A stretch of DNA of 64,000 nucleotides from Cyanobacteria bacterium P01_D01_bin.156 (GTDB lineage: Bacteria; Cyanobacteriota; Cyanobacteriia; Phormidesmidales; Phormidesmidaceae): contig JBCCQQ010000020.1 of NCBI GenBank assembly GCA_039024555.1, forward strand, positions 1-64,000, given 5' to 3'. This document shows positions 17,313-28,042 of the stretch, one piece after another (positions within the stretch are counted from its first letter, which is position 1; each line of letters opens with the position of its first letter). A program made the position numbers and the translations under genes. The notes under the pieces were generated by a model. That model ran no database searches and was not told where the DNA came from. It saw only the letters and a program-made list of their open reading frames with translations.

Positions 17313-20300
17313 CTAGCTTGCTGTAATAAAGTCTGATGACATCAATGTTCCAGAAAAGCTTGTTAGCTCCGCTAAGGTATCTCCATTGGTCTCTATAAAT
17401 AACTTACCGTTTCTCTGGGTTTGTTCAATTGCGCCGAAAGTCAGGCCATCGGACAGCTCTAGCTGATCGCTACCAGACTCAAAATCTCGGATAATAAGAT
17501 GTCCGCTGCCAGAGTTCAACACAAAGACATCATCACCACCACGACCAAAGGTAATGTCATAACGAGATGCAGTGCCCGCGTCAAATCGCTCCGCTGCATC
17601 AGTACCCTTGAGTTTGTCATCACCACTGGTGCCAGTCAGCAAATCTCTGGTGATGGTTGTTCCACCCGTATTGCTAAGCACCGGATCGTTACCAGTCGGC
17701 TCTGGTGCAGACGTCGGCGCTGTAGGTGCAGCAGACGTTGGTTGAGTTGCAACCTTAATAGAACCACCCACCTGTTCTAGCTCCACATAATCCAGATTAA
17801 AACCACTACTAAGCATATCCACTCGCAATGTATGGGTACCCTTAGAAAGCTGGAGAACATTGTTACCCTCAGCAGATTGCCAATTTTGCCAACCGTCCGT
17901 TTCCTTAAAGTTGGCCTTAGTTGACTCACCATCAACTGTCACTTTCAGACTGTGATTACGCTTGATTTTAGATGCAATGCTCGCATTGATGCGATACTCA
18001 CCCGCTTCCGGCACCTCGATAGTATAGGTAAGGTATTCTCCTTTACTAATCCAGCCAACATTAAAGCCGCCGTCTCCACCTTTACCCACATCAACCGCCA
18101 AAGAACGACGTAGGGCATCGCCCGCACCACCTCGGTTAGCGGTATTCACATCCTTAAAGTCATCGACGTTATAGCGTTCGGCCTGCACCCGAATTGTGTT
18201 GTTGCTGCCAAAGATAACATCTGGTTGATGACCGTCAGTTCCTGAATCTGACCCATCATTATGGTTATGGGACATGTCATCCACCGGATCTTGATGATTG
18301 TGGCCATCATGTCCCTGGTCTCCATGGTTGTCGTGTCCTTGGTCATTATGACCGTCGTTCCCATTGTGATCATGGGGCTGTTCTACAACAGGCGGCTCAG
18401 TCGTTGGAGGTTGAGAGTTTTTGGGGCGAAGGGATTCAGGCTGCAGGTTCTTTTGAACAAATTCTGGATAATCCGCAGATAAAGAATCGTAGGAAATAAT
18501 TTTGTTATCTTGCTTCAGCTGACTGGGGTTGAGGGTACCCAGATGTCGGGCATTCTGGGTCCAGTTTTTGTTTTCTAGGGTGACGACAAAGCTGTACTTT
18601 TTCATATCGCCGGTTAAGCGATCGCTAATGTACTCATCCACCACCACGGCCCGCTGTCCATTGGTCAGAGTGTAATACCCCTGTTGTTCTACCAGGCTAC
18701 GCAGCTGATGCACCGGGTAGCCTAGGGTCTCATTACCGAAGGGGAGCACAATGGTGCCTAAGGAATCGGTTTTGGTACCATAAATGGCTGCCGCCGCTGA
18801 AGAACTGGTTTCATTGGATTTGGCTGCAAAATCGCTTTTGCTACCGTTGAGCTGAAAACTTAGATTATTGGACTTAATATCACTGCTGCTAAGAAACTTA
18901 TCTACTTTACGATCCAGGTTGTGCCAATCTTTGTCGTTATTTTTCACCTCGGGGTCAATAAAGATATAACCCCAATCGTTCAGAGATTTGACCACCCTGG
19001 TTTCTTTATTCAGATGCACACCTGTGCCAAATCCTTCAGTTTTTAGATTATCAAAGACGATGTCTTCGACATTATGAAATAAATGGACACCATTGTTCTC
19101 TACATTTTTTCTCAGTGATGTTTCAGTACCCACTAGGTCAAAATCTTTGAGGGTGTAATGGGCGGTGTACTGTAAATTTGTTCCTTGAGCGACTTCCCAT
19201 GCCGTAAAGCCATCTAGAACAGTACGGGCATCGTGGTGTTGAACCTGAGAATTTTTGATAACAACTAGGCCGTTGTTAGAACCCAAGACTTCGTTGTCCT
19301 TAAAGCCCATGATTGGTGGATCACTTGTTAAAACGGTGCTTTGTCCTTTAGCCCAAGCTTCTATGGCTAGGTTTTCGGCTAGGGGATCAATTTCATCAAC
19401 GCCACGGTGGAAGTAAAAGATACCTGCACCGCTATTACCGGCAGCTACATTCCCTTCAAGTTCAACCAAGCGACCTTGAGCCCAAAAGCCATGTCCACCA
19501 AATCCTAAATCGTGGTTGTAGGCACCACTCTTTTCGTTTTGAGGGCGGCCTTCGTTCTTAATGGAAATATTGTTGCGCCATGCACCAATTTCGTTGCCGG
19601 TTTCACTCACAAATCCGGCACCAAAAACATCGTAGGCCACATTGTTTTCTAGCACTGCGTAGCTATCATGCTGTACAATACCCCAGCCAGGAGAACCAAT
19701 CACACTATTACCAACTAGGACCGCAGGTGTCTCGTCTCCATTTACTCCTGTCCGATGCAGATGTACAGCATAGCGACCGCGAATGTTGGTACGTTCTCCA
19801 GTGATGGGCTCTCCATCTTTCAGAATGCGTTTAGGGGCGTGGCCGCTCGTAACTTTAAAGTCATCTAACAGCTGGGATTTGTCAGTGCGGCCCAGTTCGT
19901 TAAATTCTACGTAGCGCACATCCACATTATCGGAGTGCATAAACATAATGTGCCCCCTCTGATTAGCGGGTAGCTTATCACCATTTTCTGTAGCGACAAC
20001 AATGTTGCGGCTCTGGTTCGCGACATAGGCTTTCAGATCGCTTCTAGGCGTGTCATGGTTATAGCTCAGGGCCTTATCGAGGGTAATGCGGTTGCCATTG
20101 ATGGCTGTGATGGTGCGTTGCTCATCTTGGGTACCGTTGACTTGATATTCAGTACCGGTGAGAACAATTTGATCTCCCACCTGCCAATTGATAGGGACAT
20201 CGCTTAAGGCAATAGTTTTATCTCCGGCAGAAGGATCTTTGGCTACTTTTAAGTGGGAGGTTTTTGCCTGGCCATGGATGGAGACTGTACCGTGGGAAAC

Positions 20301-20762
20301 GATACCTCGACTGAGCTGCTCGGGATCCCATTTGGTGTCAATGGCACCGTTGTCGGCAATCAGGATCTCGGTTTTAACATTACCCTGTACTGGATTATCT
20401 TCTGTTCCAATAGTGAGGGTACCTTGGGAAGACACCAAAAATGTATCGATGACCATTTTGGTGTCGGCATTGGTGGCAAAGTCGAGATGACCATCCACAC
20501 GTAACCCAAAGAGTCGAGTATTACTAACGTTGTCGTAGTTAACTTTGATACCGTCGGGAACAAAAACCTTTGCATTTTGCCCCGGAATCCGTCCACCTGC
20601 CCAGGTTTTAGGATCAAACCAGGAACCGCTTTTAATAGCTCTGTGGGTGGCGTTTTGATGGGTGATCAGGTTATGTGCTGCGGTATGTTCTGACTGTTTG
20701 CTGGGGTCGTCAGGGTGGGCATGGAGACCGCTATTGTGATTGTGCATTGATGTGGCGTTCAT
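17313..20762 (-). CDS. Large secreted protein: G8 domain, beta-helix region, His-rich linker, CBM6-like module and RTX-like C-terminus
   Basis: SGSWFDPKTWAGGRIP and GTLTIGTEDNP (G8); GRYAVHLH; GWISKGEYLTY...GFNLDY (CBM6); GTSGDDKLKG, GRGGDDVF and IRDFESGSDQLEL (RTX/T1SS-type tail). Confidence 0.85.
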   Translation of the reverse strand: MNATSMHNHNSGLHAHPDDPSKQSEHTAAHNLITHQNATHRAIKSGSWFDPKTWAGGRIPGQNAKVFVPDGIKVNYDNVSNTRLFGLRVDGHLDFATNADTKMVIDTFLVSSQGTLTIGTEDNPVQGNVKTEILIADNGAIDTKWDPEQLSRGIVSHGTVSIHGQAKTSHLKVAKDPSAGDKTIALSDVPINWQVGDQIVLTGTEYQVNGTQDEQRTITAINGNRITLDKALSYNHDTPRSDLKAYVANQSRNIVVATENGDKLPANQRGHIMFMHSDNVDVRYVEFNELGRTDKSQLLDDFKVTSGHAPKRILKDGEPITGERTNIRGRYAVHLHRTGVNGDETPAVLVGNSVIGSPGWGIVQHDSYAVLENNVAYDVFGAGFVSETGNEIGAWRNNISIKNEGRPQNEKSGAYNHDLGFGGHGFWAQGRLVELEGNVAAGNSGAGIFYFHRGVDEIDPLAENLAIEAWAKGQSTVLTSDPPIMGFKDNEVLGSNNGLVVIKNSQVQHHDARTVLDGFTAWEVAQGTNLQYTAHYTLKDFDLVGTETSLRKNVENNGVHLFHNVEDIVFDNLKTEGFGTGVHLNKETRVVKSLNDWGYIFIDPEVKNNDKDWHNLDRKVDKFLSSSDIKSNNLSFQLNGSKSDFAAKSNETSSSAAAAIYGTKTDSLGTIVLPFGNETLGYPVHQLRSLVEQQGYYTLTNGQRAVVVDEYISDRLTGDMKKYSFVVTLENKNWTQNARHLGTLNPSQLKQDNKIISYDSLSADYPEFVQKNLQPESLRPKNSQPPTTEPPVVEQPHDHNGNDGHNDQGHDNHGDQGHDGHNHQDPVDDMSHNHNDGSDSGTDGHQPDVIFGSNNTIRVQAERYNVDDFKDVNTANRGGAGDALRRSLAVDVGKGGDGGFNVGWISKGEYLTYTIEVPEAGEYRINASIASKIKRNHSLKVTVDGESTKANFKETDGWQNWQSAEGNNVLQLSKGTHTLRVDMLSSGFNLDYVELEQVGGSIKVATQPTSAAPTAPTSAPEPTGNDPVLSNTGGTTITRDLLTGTSGDDKLKGTDAAERFDAGTASRYDITFGRGGDDVFVLNSGSGHLIIRDFESGSDQLELSDGLTFGAIEQTQRNGKLFIETNGDTLAELTSFSGTLMSSDFITAS

Positions 20763-22529
20763 CAGAAACTCTTCCTAAGTAATAGGTAAAACAGAATAAT
20801 TAGGCACTGTAAACTCTCGGCAGGCAGGCTTATCTCTGAAAGAGATTACAGACTATGCAAACCGTCAGGATGGCAACAGTATTAGTACGGCGATCGGTCT
20901 ATTTGATAGGAGAATCTAAGGCCCTGAAGGGCTACAGTGTGGAGCAATAAAAAATAAAGTCATCGGAAAGCCAAAAAAACAGTCGCTGCAACAATACAGC
21001 GGAAGTTTGTTGCCCACATGGGCACGGTAGATAATTGATAGGTTGCGATCGCACAAAGCAGTACATGCACTCCCATGCATGCCATTGCAATGCCACAGGC
21101 GTGGGGCATCTGCCGATCGTCAATTCACAAGCCTAAGTTGTTACATTTCAGCTATCGGATCTAGAGCCCTGTAAGCATGTGAACATACTTAGCCAGTCTC
21201 CATATCAACCAGATTGACTGTTTATTCTTTCAACTCAACACATTCTGGAAAACCAGCAGCTAAGCCATGGGCATCGTACTGTTAACAAAAATCCAGAACA
21301 GAAAGACATCAGTAAAAATCAAACACTGCAATGTAAATGAACAACACTACAGGTGAAACACGTGTTCAGTATTGCATACCGTTCTTTACATTGTGTAAGC
21401 GTTTTATGAATTTCAGATAAAGTGCTGTGTTTCAATTATTGCCAGAATTATATGAAGTTAATCCTAGAGTTCTAAGCTTCAGCTATAGGCCTTGTGAGCA
21501 TTGGTTTTGTGTATGCTGTCAACATTTGTATATAAATGCCGAAAGATCTTAAATGAACTCTATATCAAGTTGGTTTAAATATTCTTCATTATTTACTCTT
21601 TACCGTAGCTTGTCATGAGTCAGCATGTATTTAATCCAAGTTTCTAACAACTTATGCCGCAAAAGCTGAACGTCTTTACAGAATACTCATAGTCTTTTCA
21701 CTCTACATAGCTGTCATACGACTCCTATGCGAGATAACTTATGTGAAGTGTGTTCAAACAATCATCTTGCAAAGCTTAAATACCGCTTTGCGCACTGTGG
21801 TAATTTGGTTGCATTTTGGCAACTTATTGTTTTCTTGGCATAATTGGCTACCAATCTATAGGTCAGAGACATCTGACTACAGGATTAGTCTATTTCTTAG
21901 AATACCCGGAAGCTTCATGCGCAAAACAATCAATTACTCTTAATTATTGGTGGCAATTCATGAAAAAGTATCTTTCACTGCAAAAACTGTGGTGAAACAG
22001 TGTTGTGGGATTGTGACTCAAGTCTAATAAATAACAGAATTGAAGAGAACAACAATAACCAAACCTTTAAGTTCCACAACTGACAAGAAAAATATGACTA
22101 TCGGGACTGCAGTGAAAGTGAACCGTCTTAGATACGATAAGCAGTATCGTGAGACAGTGACAAAAGAGTCCAATAGCATTACCGCTGAATATGAAATGAA
22201 ATTTCAGTTCATGCAACCTGAGCGGGAAAAATTCAACTTTCGGGCTTCCGATAATCAGCAACACTTTCCATAACATCCGAGATTGGTAGGACTTTCTCAG
22301 ATTCGTCCATGGAGTGCTCTGTCTCAAGGGCAGATTGCTCTTGACGAGATTATTTGTCTAAACTCCAGTAATACAAATTCTTTCGCGAATGCTCAAGCCT
22401 AGGATATTTTTTACCTCAAAGCCCTACTTTGCTTGGAACTTTTTCTAATCTGTAATAGACGTATGAAGCAGGGCTTAGCTCATCTCTTCAGCAATCGGCC
22501 TACCTTTGCCTCGTTTGTCTTTTATCTAG

Positions 22530-24944
22530 ATGACAACTATGTTTGAAAGTTTAATTTCTTTAGTTCTGAGCCTCGGTAGGCCCAATTCCTGTCAGTCACC
22601 CGTCACACAGCAGAACTCTAGCTTAATTAAGCGCATCTTCAGCCAATCTTCCGATGAATCTATTAAGGTTGAGCATGTTTCTACTGTGCGAGCTGATGTC
22701 ATCGCTCTGCATATCAAAACTGGCGAACTCATTCGCGGTAAGCAGGTTCCCTACATAAAACATGGAGGCCATGTTGCCAATGAAGACGGATGGATATTTT
22801 GTGGCGGTGAGCCCATTGGCAAGTTACTACCTGCCGATGACGATACCATTTGGCTAGTAGATCGCTACAGGGGTAAAAAGCTAAATACAGCTTGGGCTGA
22901 CAAAAATCACAACTATCAGGTGATTACCAAAGATAATCAGCGTATTACGCCTACGGCAGTCCATCGCAAAAGTAAGATCAGTACGACTGTACAAACCGGT
23001 CAATGGGACTTTGAGTGGCCCATGGAACATACAGTATATCTGCAACTGCCTGCACCGCTAACCTCTGGGCAAACCTATAACATTAGGTTCACTAACGATG
23101 AGCTCAAAAGTACTGAATTAGTTTATCGTCCTGAAAACACTCGGAGTGATGCAGTCCATGTCTCTCATCTTGGTTTTCATCCAAACGATCCTGCCAAGGT
23201 CTCTTTTCTATCTACCTGGATGGGAGATGGAAAAGGCTTAGATTATCCAGAAAATTTATCTTTTTGGCTTATAAATACGGCTACTGGCGAAAAAGTATAC
23301 GCAGGTAAAACAGTTCTTTCTAAAGCGGCGGATGCCCCTGAAGACACTAACAACAGAAATCATAATGACACTGATGTTTTTCTGATGGACTTTAGTGACT
23401 TTGACCAGCCTGGTGAGTACGTCGTGTACGTGGATAGCATTGGTACTTCCTACAGCTTTGAAATTGGAGATAATACCTGGCAGGATGCCTTTTATGTGTC
23501 TGCACGAGGTATGTATCACCAACGCAGTGGTATTGAATTAAAGGCCCCGTACACGGACTATCACCGTCCTCGTCCATTTCATCCTGATGATGGTGTGACT
23601 GTTTATCAGTCAACTGTGCCACATATGGATACCAGCATGAGCATTAACTATCCAATTTCCAAGCCTGATGCGTTTGAGTCCCTGAAATCTACCCGTACCG
23701 ATGAGGTGCTTGATAACGCTTGGGGCGGTTGGATGGATGCTGGTGACTGGGATCGACGGATCGAGCATCTGCAGGTTACCCATGCATTTCTGGAACTTAT
23801 TGATTTGTATCCAGAGTATTTTGAAAGTATTGACTTAAATTTACCGGAGTCAGATAACAATTTACCTGACCTTATGGATGAGGCCCTGTGGGGACTAGAT
23901 GTATTTCGTCGCCTTCAGGCTGACCATGGTGGAGTGTCCGGTGGAATTGAGTCAGCGGGGCACCCGCTACGTTTTGAAGGGAGTTGGCAAGAATCTCAAA
24001 CTATCATGGCCTACGGTCCTGGTATTTGGTCGAGCTACTACTATGCTGGGGCTGCAGCGCGAGCGGCCTATGTTCTTGAAAAATATGATGCGAATCGGGC
24101 GAAGACTTATCGAGAGACGGCATTGCGGGCCATGGTTTGGGCTAATAATGAACTCGCTAAAGACCCTGAAGGCCGTTACCCTGAGATTTACGATCAGCGT
24201 AATTTAGCAGCTATAGAGCTTTATCGTCTGACGGAAGATCAAAAATGGCATGATTTGTTCCTGCAAACAACAGTCTTTACTGATGCGAGTAAGGACATGC
24301 TTCAATGGCCGGACTATAATCAGCAGGAGGCTGCTTTTGTATATGGTCGCCTACCTGAGGAAAAGGTGAATCCTGAGGTTCAGAAAAATGCAGTTGCTGC
24401 GTTGGTGAGAAAAGCTAATAGAGAGATCGAAGCAATTGGACAGGCGGGCTTTAGATGGAATGTGGAGCCCTATCGGTATCTTGGCTGGGGGGACTTAGGC
24501 ACGCCCAAAACTCATAATCTTTTCCGTGCTCATACCCTAACGGGAGATAAAAAGTATTTAGAGGCTGGGGTTCTAGCAAGTCAGTTTTCTGCCGGGGCTA
24601 ACCCAGATAACATTGTTTATACCATCGGACTGGGCCATGAGAGTCCTAATATGCCTCTTTTGGGTGATATGCGTGCTGTTGGACAAGAGCCACCGCCTGG
24701 AATAACAGTTTATGGCCCAATCGATGTACAAATAAAAGATGGGTATACCAAAAATTTTGGCTGGGCTTTAGACATGATGAATGATGTTACCCATCCCATC
24801 GGTCGAGAATGGCCGACTACTGAGGCTTATTTTGACAACTTTTACTATGTACCCACAACAGAATTTACAGTACATCAATCCATTGGGCCAACAGCCTACA
24901 CCTGGGGTTATTTAGCGGCTCTACATCAAGCGAAAAAAGAGTAG
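22530..24944 (+). CDS. Glycoside hydrolase family 9 with N-terminal Ig-like domain
   Basis: GMYHQRSG, GGWMDAGDWD and C-terminal YFDN...TEFTVHQ catalytic motifs. Confidence 0.88.
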   Translation: MTTMFESLISLVLSLGRPNSCQSPVTQQNSSLIKRIFSQSSDESIKVEHVSTVRADVIALHIKTGELIRGKQVPYIKHGGHVANEDGWIFCGGEPIGKLLPADDDTIWLVDRYRGKKLNTAWADKNHNYQVITKDNQRITPTAVHRKSKISTTVQTGQWDFEWPMEHTVYLQLPAPLTSGQTYNIRFTNDELKSTELVYRPENTRSDAVHVSHLGFHPNDPAKVSFLSTWMGDGKGLDYPENLSFWLINTATGEKVYAGKTVLSKAADAPEDTNNRNHNDTDVFLMDFSDFDQPGEYVVYVDSIGTSYSFEIGDNTWQDAFYVSARGMYHQRSGIELKAPYTDYHRPRPFHPDDGVTVYQSTVPHMDTSMSINYPISKPDAFESLKSTRTDEVLDNAWGGWMDAGDWDRRIEHLQVTHAFLELIDLYPEYFESIDLNLPESDNNLPDLMDEALWGLDVFRRLQADHGGVSGGIESAGHPLRFEGSWQESQTIMAYGPGIWSSYYYAGAAARAAYVLEKYDANRAKTYRETALRAMVWANNELAKDPEGRYPEIYDQRNLAAIELYRLTEDQKWHDLFLQTTVFTDASKDMLQWPDYNQQEAAFVYGRLPEEKVNPEVQKNAVAALVRKANREIEAIGQAGFRWNVEPYRYLGWGDLGTPKTHNLFRAHTLTGDKKYLEAGVLASQFSAGANPDNIVYTIGLGHESPNMPLLGDMRAVGQEPPPGITVYGPIDVQIKDGYTKNFGWALDMMNDVTHPIGREWPTTEAYFDNFYYVPTTEFTVHQSIGPTAYTWGYLAALHQAKKE

Positions 24945-25019
24945 CTAGTGCATCTTCAATCTTCATCTGCCAACTCTCTGAGTGTTGTTAACGTCACTCG
25001 CCAAGTCTAATCTCCCCCC

Positions 25020-25402
25020 GAGAGACCTCAGATAATATCAAGACATTGGTGGCCAGAATAAATCGGTCTTCTCTACGTCGTTACAGAGCGTCTACCTCAG
25101 AATTGAGGCCCAGGGTTGCCTAAACGTGATAGCCCACGGAGGTCGGTTTGGCAGTTTTGGCTGGTTATCTGGGGTGATTATGGTGAGACTATTCTACGAT
25201 TCGAGAGTCGACGATGAGATGATAGTTTAAGGTTTTTTCAAACTGCTTAATGCATGTTGGGCATCCGCTTCAAACTCAAACGGCTGACGACTAAGCCGAT
25301 CTAATTCGGTTTGTTTTCGTTGGGTTGCGTTGGCGAACCGTTTCTCCCATTGTTTTAAGTCTGAGACCTGATGTTGAATCGATTCGGCCACAACCCGCCG
25401 TT
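25020..25402 (-). mobile_element. IS1634-family transposase remnant
   Basis: Stop- and frameshift-broken translation VVAES..QVSDLKQWEKR...FEFEADAQHA...RFILATNVL. Confidence 0.7.
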
Positions 25403-25549
25403 ATCTAGTGAGGTATATGCTTCAAGGTGAACAGCCTGTCGGGCAATGATTCTGCTACACCTCATTTGCATAGAAATCGCTGTAGAGTATATTTCACCTC
25501 ACTAGACCAGGAAACACCATATTTGGATAAAGTCGAGTTCAAATAAAAT

Positions 25550-26299
25550 CTAAACAGAATATCCAAAGTGTTCCATATCCTCTTTATACTTATCTGCAAG
25601 AAAGTTAATATCATCCAAGCTAAAGTACTTACGCCATTCCTTATATTTTCGCTTTGATTTATTAGAATGTGGCAATGGTGTGTCTATCCCAATTTTACTA
25701 GAAACAAATTGCCAGTTGGTTGAAATATCTTCCAGACGACCAACGTAATCTACCAGAAGACAATTGTCTATTTCATTAGACAATTGAGCAAATTGAGACA
25801 TCGTTCCATAGGATTTCCACACGCTATCGGAATGAATAAAATCCGCAATACTATTCGACTTTAAGCAAGCGACTATACCAGGCCATCTGAAAGCATCGTA
25901 CAGTCGAGGGATCTGAGTTAAAGGCTCTGGCACAGGACGAATCTGATCTAAGAAGTACATCAGTCGGATTGCGGACCCACGATACTTACCCAGGTAATGA
26001 GTTTTCAAATATGCATAGTAAGAAACTAGGCGATCGATCGGATGCCTAACAATAGAAAATGTAAAATACTGCTCCCACAACTCATCCCCAATCATTTTTT
26101 TGATGTCGGAAGCAGATGAATGTTTATAGATACCAAATTGCTTGCGGTAAGAGTTCTGAATCATTTCACCGTAAGGAGTACTCCCTAAAATGACATCATT
26201 CCAACGTATGTCTTTAGATAGAGCACGCTCAACACTAGTACCACCACATTTGTGCAGATGGACAAACACAAACTTTTTACTATTAGAAATAAAAGTCAT
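25550..26299 (-). CDS. Sulfotransferase family 2 protein
   Basis: FVHLHKCGGTS (5'-PSB) and FSIVRHPIDRLVSYY (3'-PB). Confidence 0.9.
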   Translation of the reverse strand: MTFISNSKKFVFVHLHKCGGTSVERALSKDIRWNDVILGSTPYGEMIQNSYRKQFGIYKHSSASDIKKMIGDELWEQYFTFSIVRHPIDRLVSYYAYLKTHYLGKYRGSAIRLMYFLDQIRPVPEPLTQIPRLYDAFRWPGIVACLKSNSIADFIHSDSVWKSYGTMSQFAQLSNEIDNCLLVDYVGRLEDISTNWQFVSSKIGIDTPLPHSNKSKRKYKEWRKYFSLDDINFLADKYKEDMEHFGYSV

Positions 26300-26498
26300 T
26301 TTAGAAAATCCAATACGAAGAAATGCCGACTTTATATATGTAACTGTTCTGACTTAACTGAAGTTAAGTATTAGTCTGCTAATCCAAACAAAGAATATGT
26401 TCAATTTATTTCAGCTAAAAATACCAAATAATCGTACAAACCATGACCTAAAGCAGAATGTACACTGCAAAGATACTTACTTAGCGAATTCCAGATAC

Positions 26499-27497
26499 TC
26501 AGAATCCCTTTGCAACATTCATAGCAGCCTGCTCTATCTGAACATATACCTTCATCGGTACTAGATAGAGAAAATAAGCTGCGCCCATAGTAACCAGAGT
26601 TTTCCCCGGTTCTTCTAATAAAATTCGGAGGTCGGTTGCTAAAGAGCGATGCAGCATTTTAACTGCCAAAGAACCATCTCGCATACTTACAGCTCGTCGA
26701 GCAATGTATCTCTGGAAGTAGGCTTTAGCTAAGCTTACAACATCAGCAAATATCTCTGGATAGGCTTTACCGTACTTATCGATAATTTTTTCTAGATACT
26801 CATATTGAAGCAGGACACTGGCCGATAAACCGCCAGGGTTTACTCGGTAAAGTGTTAAGCATTCTGGGATGCCTTCACACCCCCATTGGGTTTCTAACGC
26901 TATGCGTAACCAGCATTCAACATCTTCAGCACGTTTAAAGCTCTCATCAAAATAAAAGACTTCTTCTGTGCCATAGAGATTTGCCTTAAACTCAATATCC
27001 TTGAAAACTTCTCGCTTGAATACAGGCGTTGAACCATTACCAATTGGATTGCGCCGAAGAATATAAGGCGGTGTAATATCTTTGATTTTTGTTGGAATCT
27101 GCCTTACACCCATTAATTCATCGTCTTCGTCAATAAGCTCAGAGTAGCTAAAGCTGATACCGATTTTAGGATTTGTTTCTAAGTGTTCGACATGCTTTTC
27201 TATTTTATCAATCGCCCACAAGTCATCAGCATCAATCAGCGCGATATAGTCACCTGTAGAGTGCCGAATTCCAGTATTGCGGGCACCTGCTAAACCTCGA
27301 TTTGACTGTTGAATAATTTTGATCCTTGGATCTTCAAACTGGCGGCAAACATCAATACTTTCATCGGGTGAACCGTCATCAACGATGATGACTTCTAGCT
27401 CTTTATAGGTTTGCTGCAAAACTGAACGTATCGTTCTCGCTACATAATCCTTAGCTTTATAGACTGGGATTATAACAGACACCAACTTTCTTTTCAT
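26499..27497 (-). CDS. Glycosyltransferase family 2
   Basis: VSVIIPVY, VDDGSPD, ARNTGI and DADD motifs. Confidence 0.92.
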   Translation of the reverse strand: MKRKLVSVIIPVYKAKDYVARTIRSVLQQTYKELEVIIVDDGSPDESIDVCRQFEDPRIKIIQQSNRGLAGARNTGIRHSTGDYIALIDADDLWAIDKIEKHVEHLETNPKIGISFSYSELIDEDDELMGVRQIPTKIKDITPPYILRRNPIGNGSTPVFKREVFKDIEFKANLYGTEEVFYFDESFKRAEDVECWLRIALETQWGCEGIPECLTLYRVNPGGLSASVLLQYEYLEKIIDKYGKAYPEIFADVVSLAKAYFQRYIARRAVSMRDGSLAVKMLHRSLATDLRILLEEPGKTLVTMGAAYFLYLVPMKVYVQIEQAAMNVAKGF

Positions 27498-28042
27498 TAA
27501 CAGTCTTCCACGCTTTAAGAGGCAATCATCTACTTAAACCATACATTTTTGAAGGAAGCTTTCAGATGAAAGCCTAATATTCAAATAAAGAATTTCATGA
27601 TGAGAATTATAAAATCAAGGATAATTTATATCGAGATTAGGACTAATCCCTAATGTCTATGTTCGTGAGCCTTGCAGCCTAGAGAAGACGATAATAAAGG
27701 GTAAATTTACCAAACTTTCTGAGATCTTACCTGAAGGTTTCTTAGATCAAGATCAAACTATAGGCCTAACTCAGTATTCACATCTATGACACCTGAACAG
27801 GCATATCAGGTTGAATTTTATGCGTTGATTTGTTCTCTCTCAGACCATGTGCATAATATTTGGATAAAAGACAATGAGACGTCCTTTGTCACGAAACAAG
27901 TTGACATAGTGAACAGTGAATAAAAGCACAGTGTTCAAAGCCACCTGAGACCTTAGCATATTTTATGGGTATGCCCCCTCGCCAAGCTCCCGCACAGGGT
28001 GGGAACGGACTTAAATTAGCGACAAAAACGGACTTAAATTAA

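Noticed and set aside
20763..22529. c-di-GMP or other riboswitch upstream of the G8 or GH9 genes
   Set aside because: No recognisable consensus by eye; an Rfam scan would be needed
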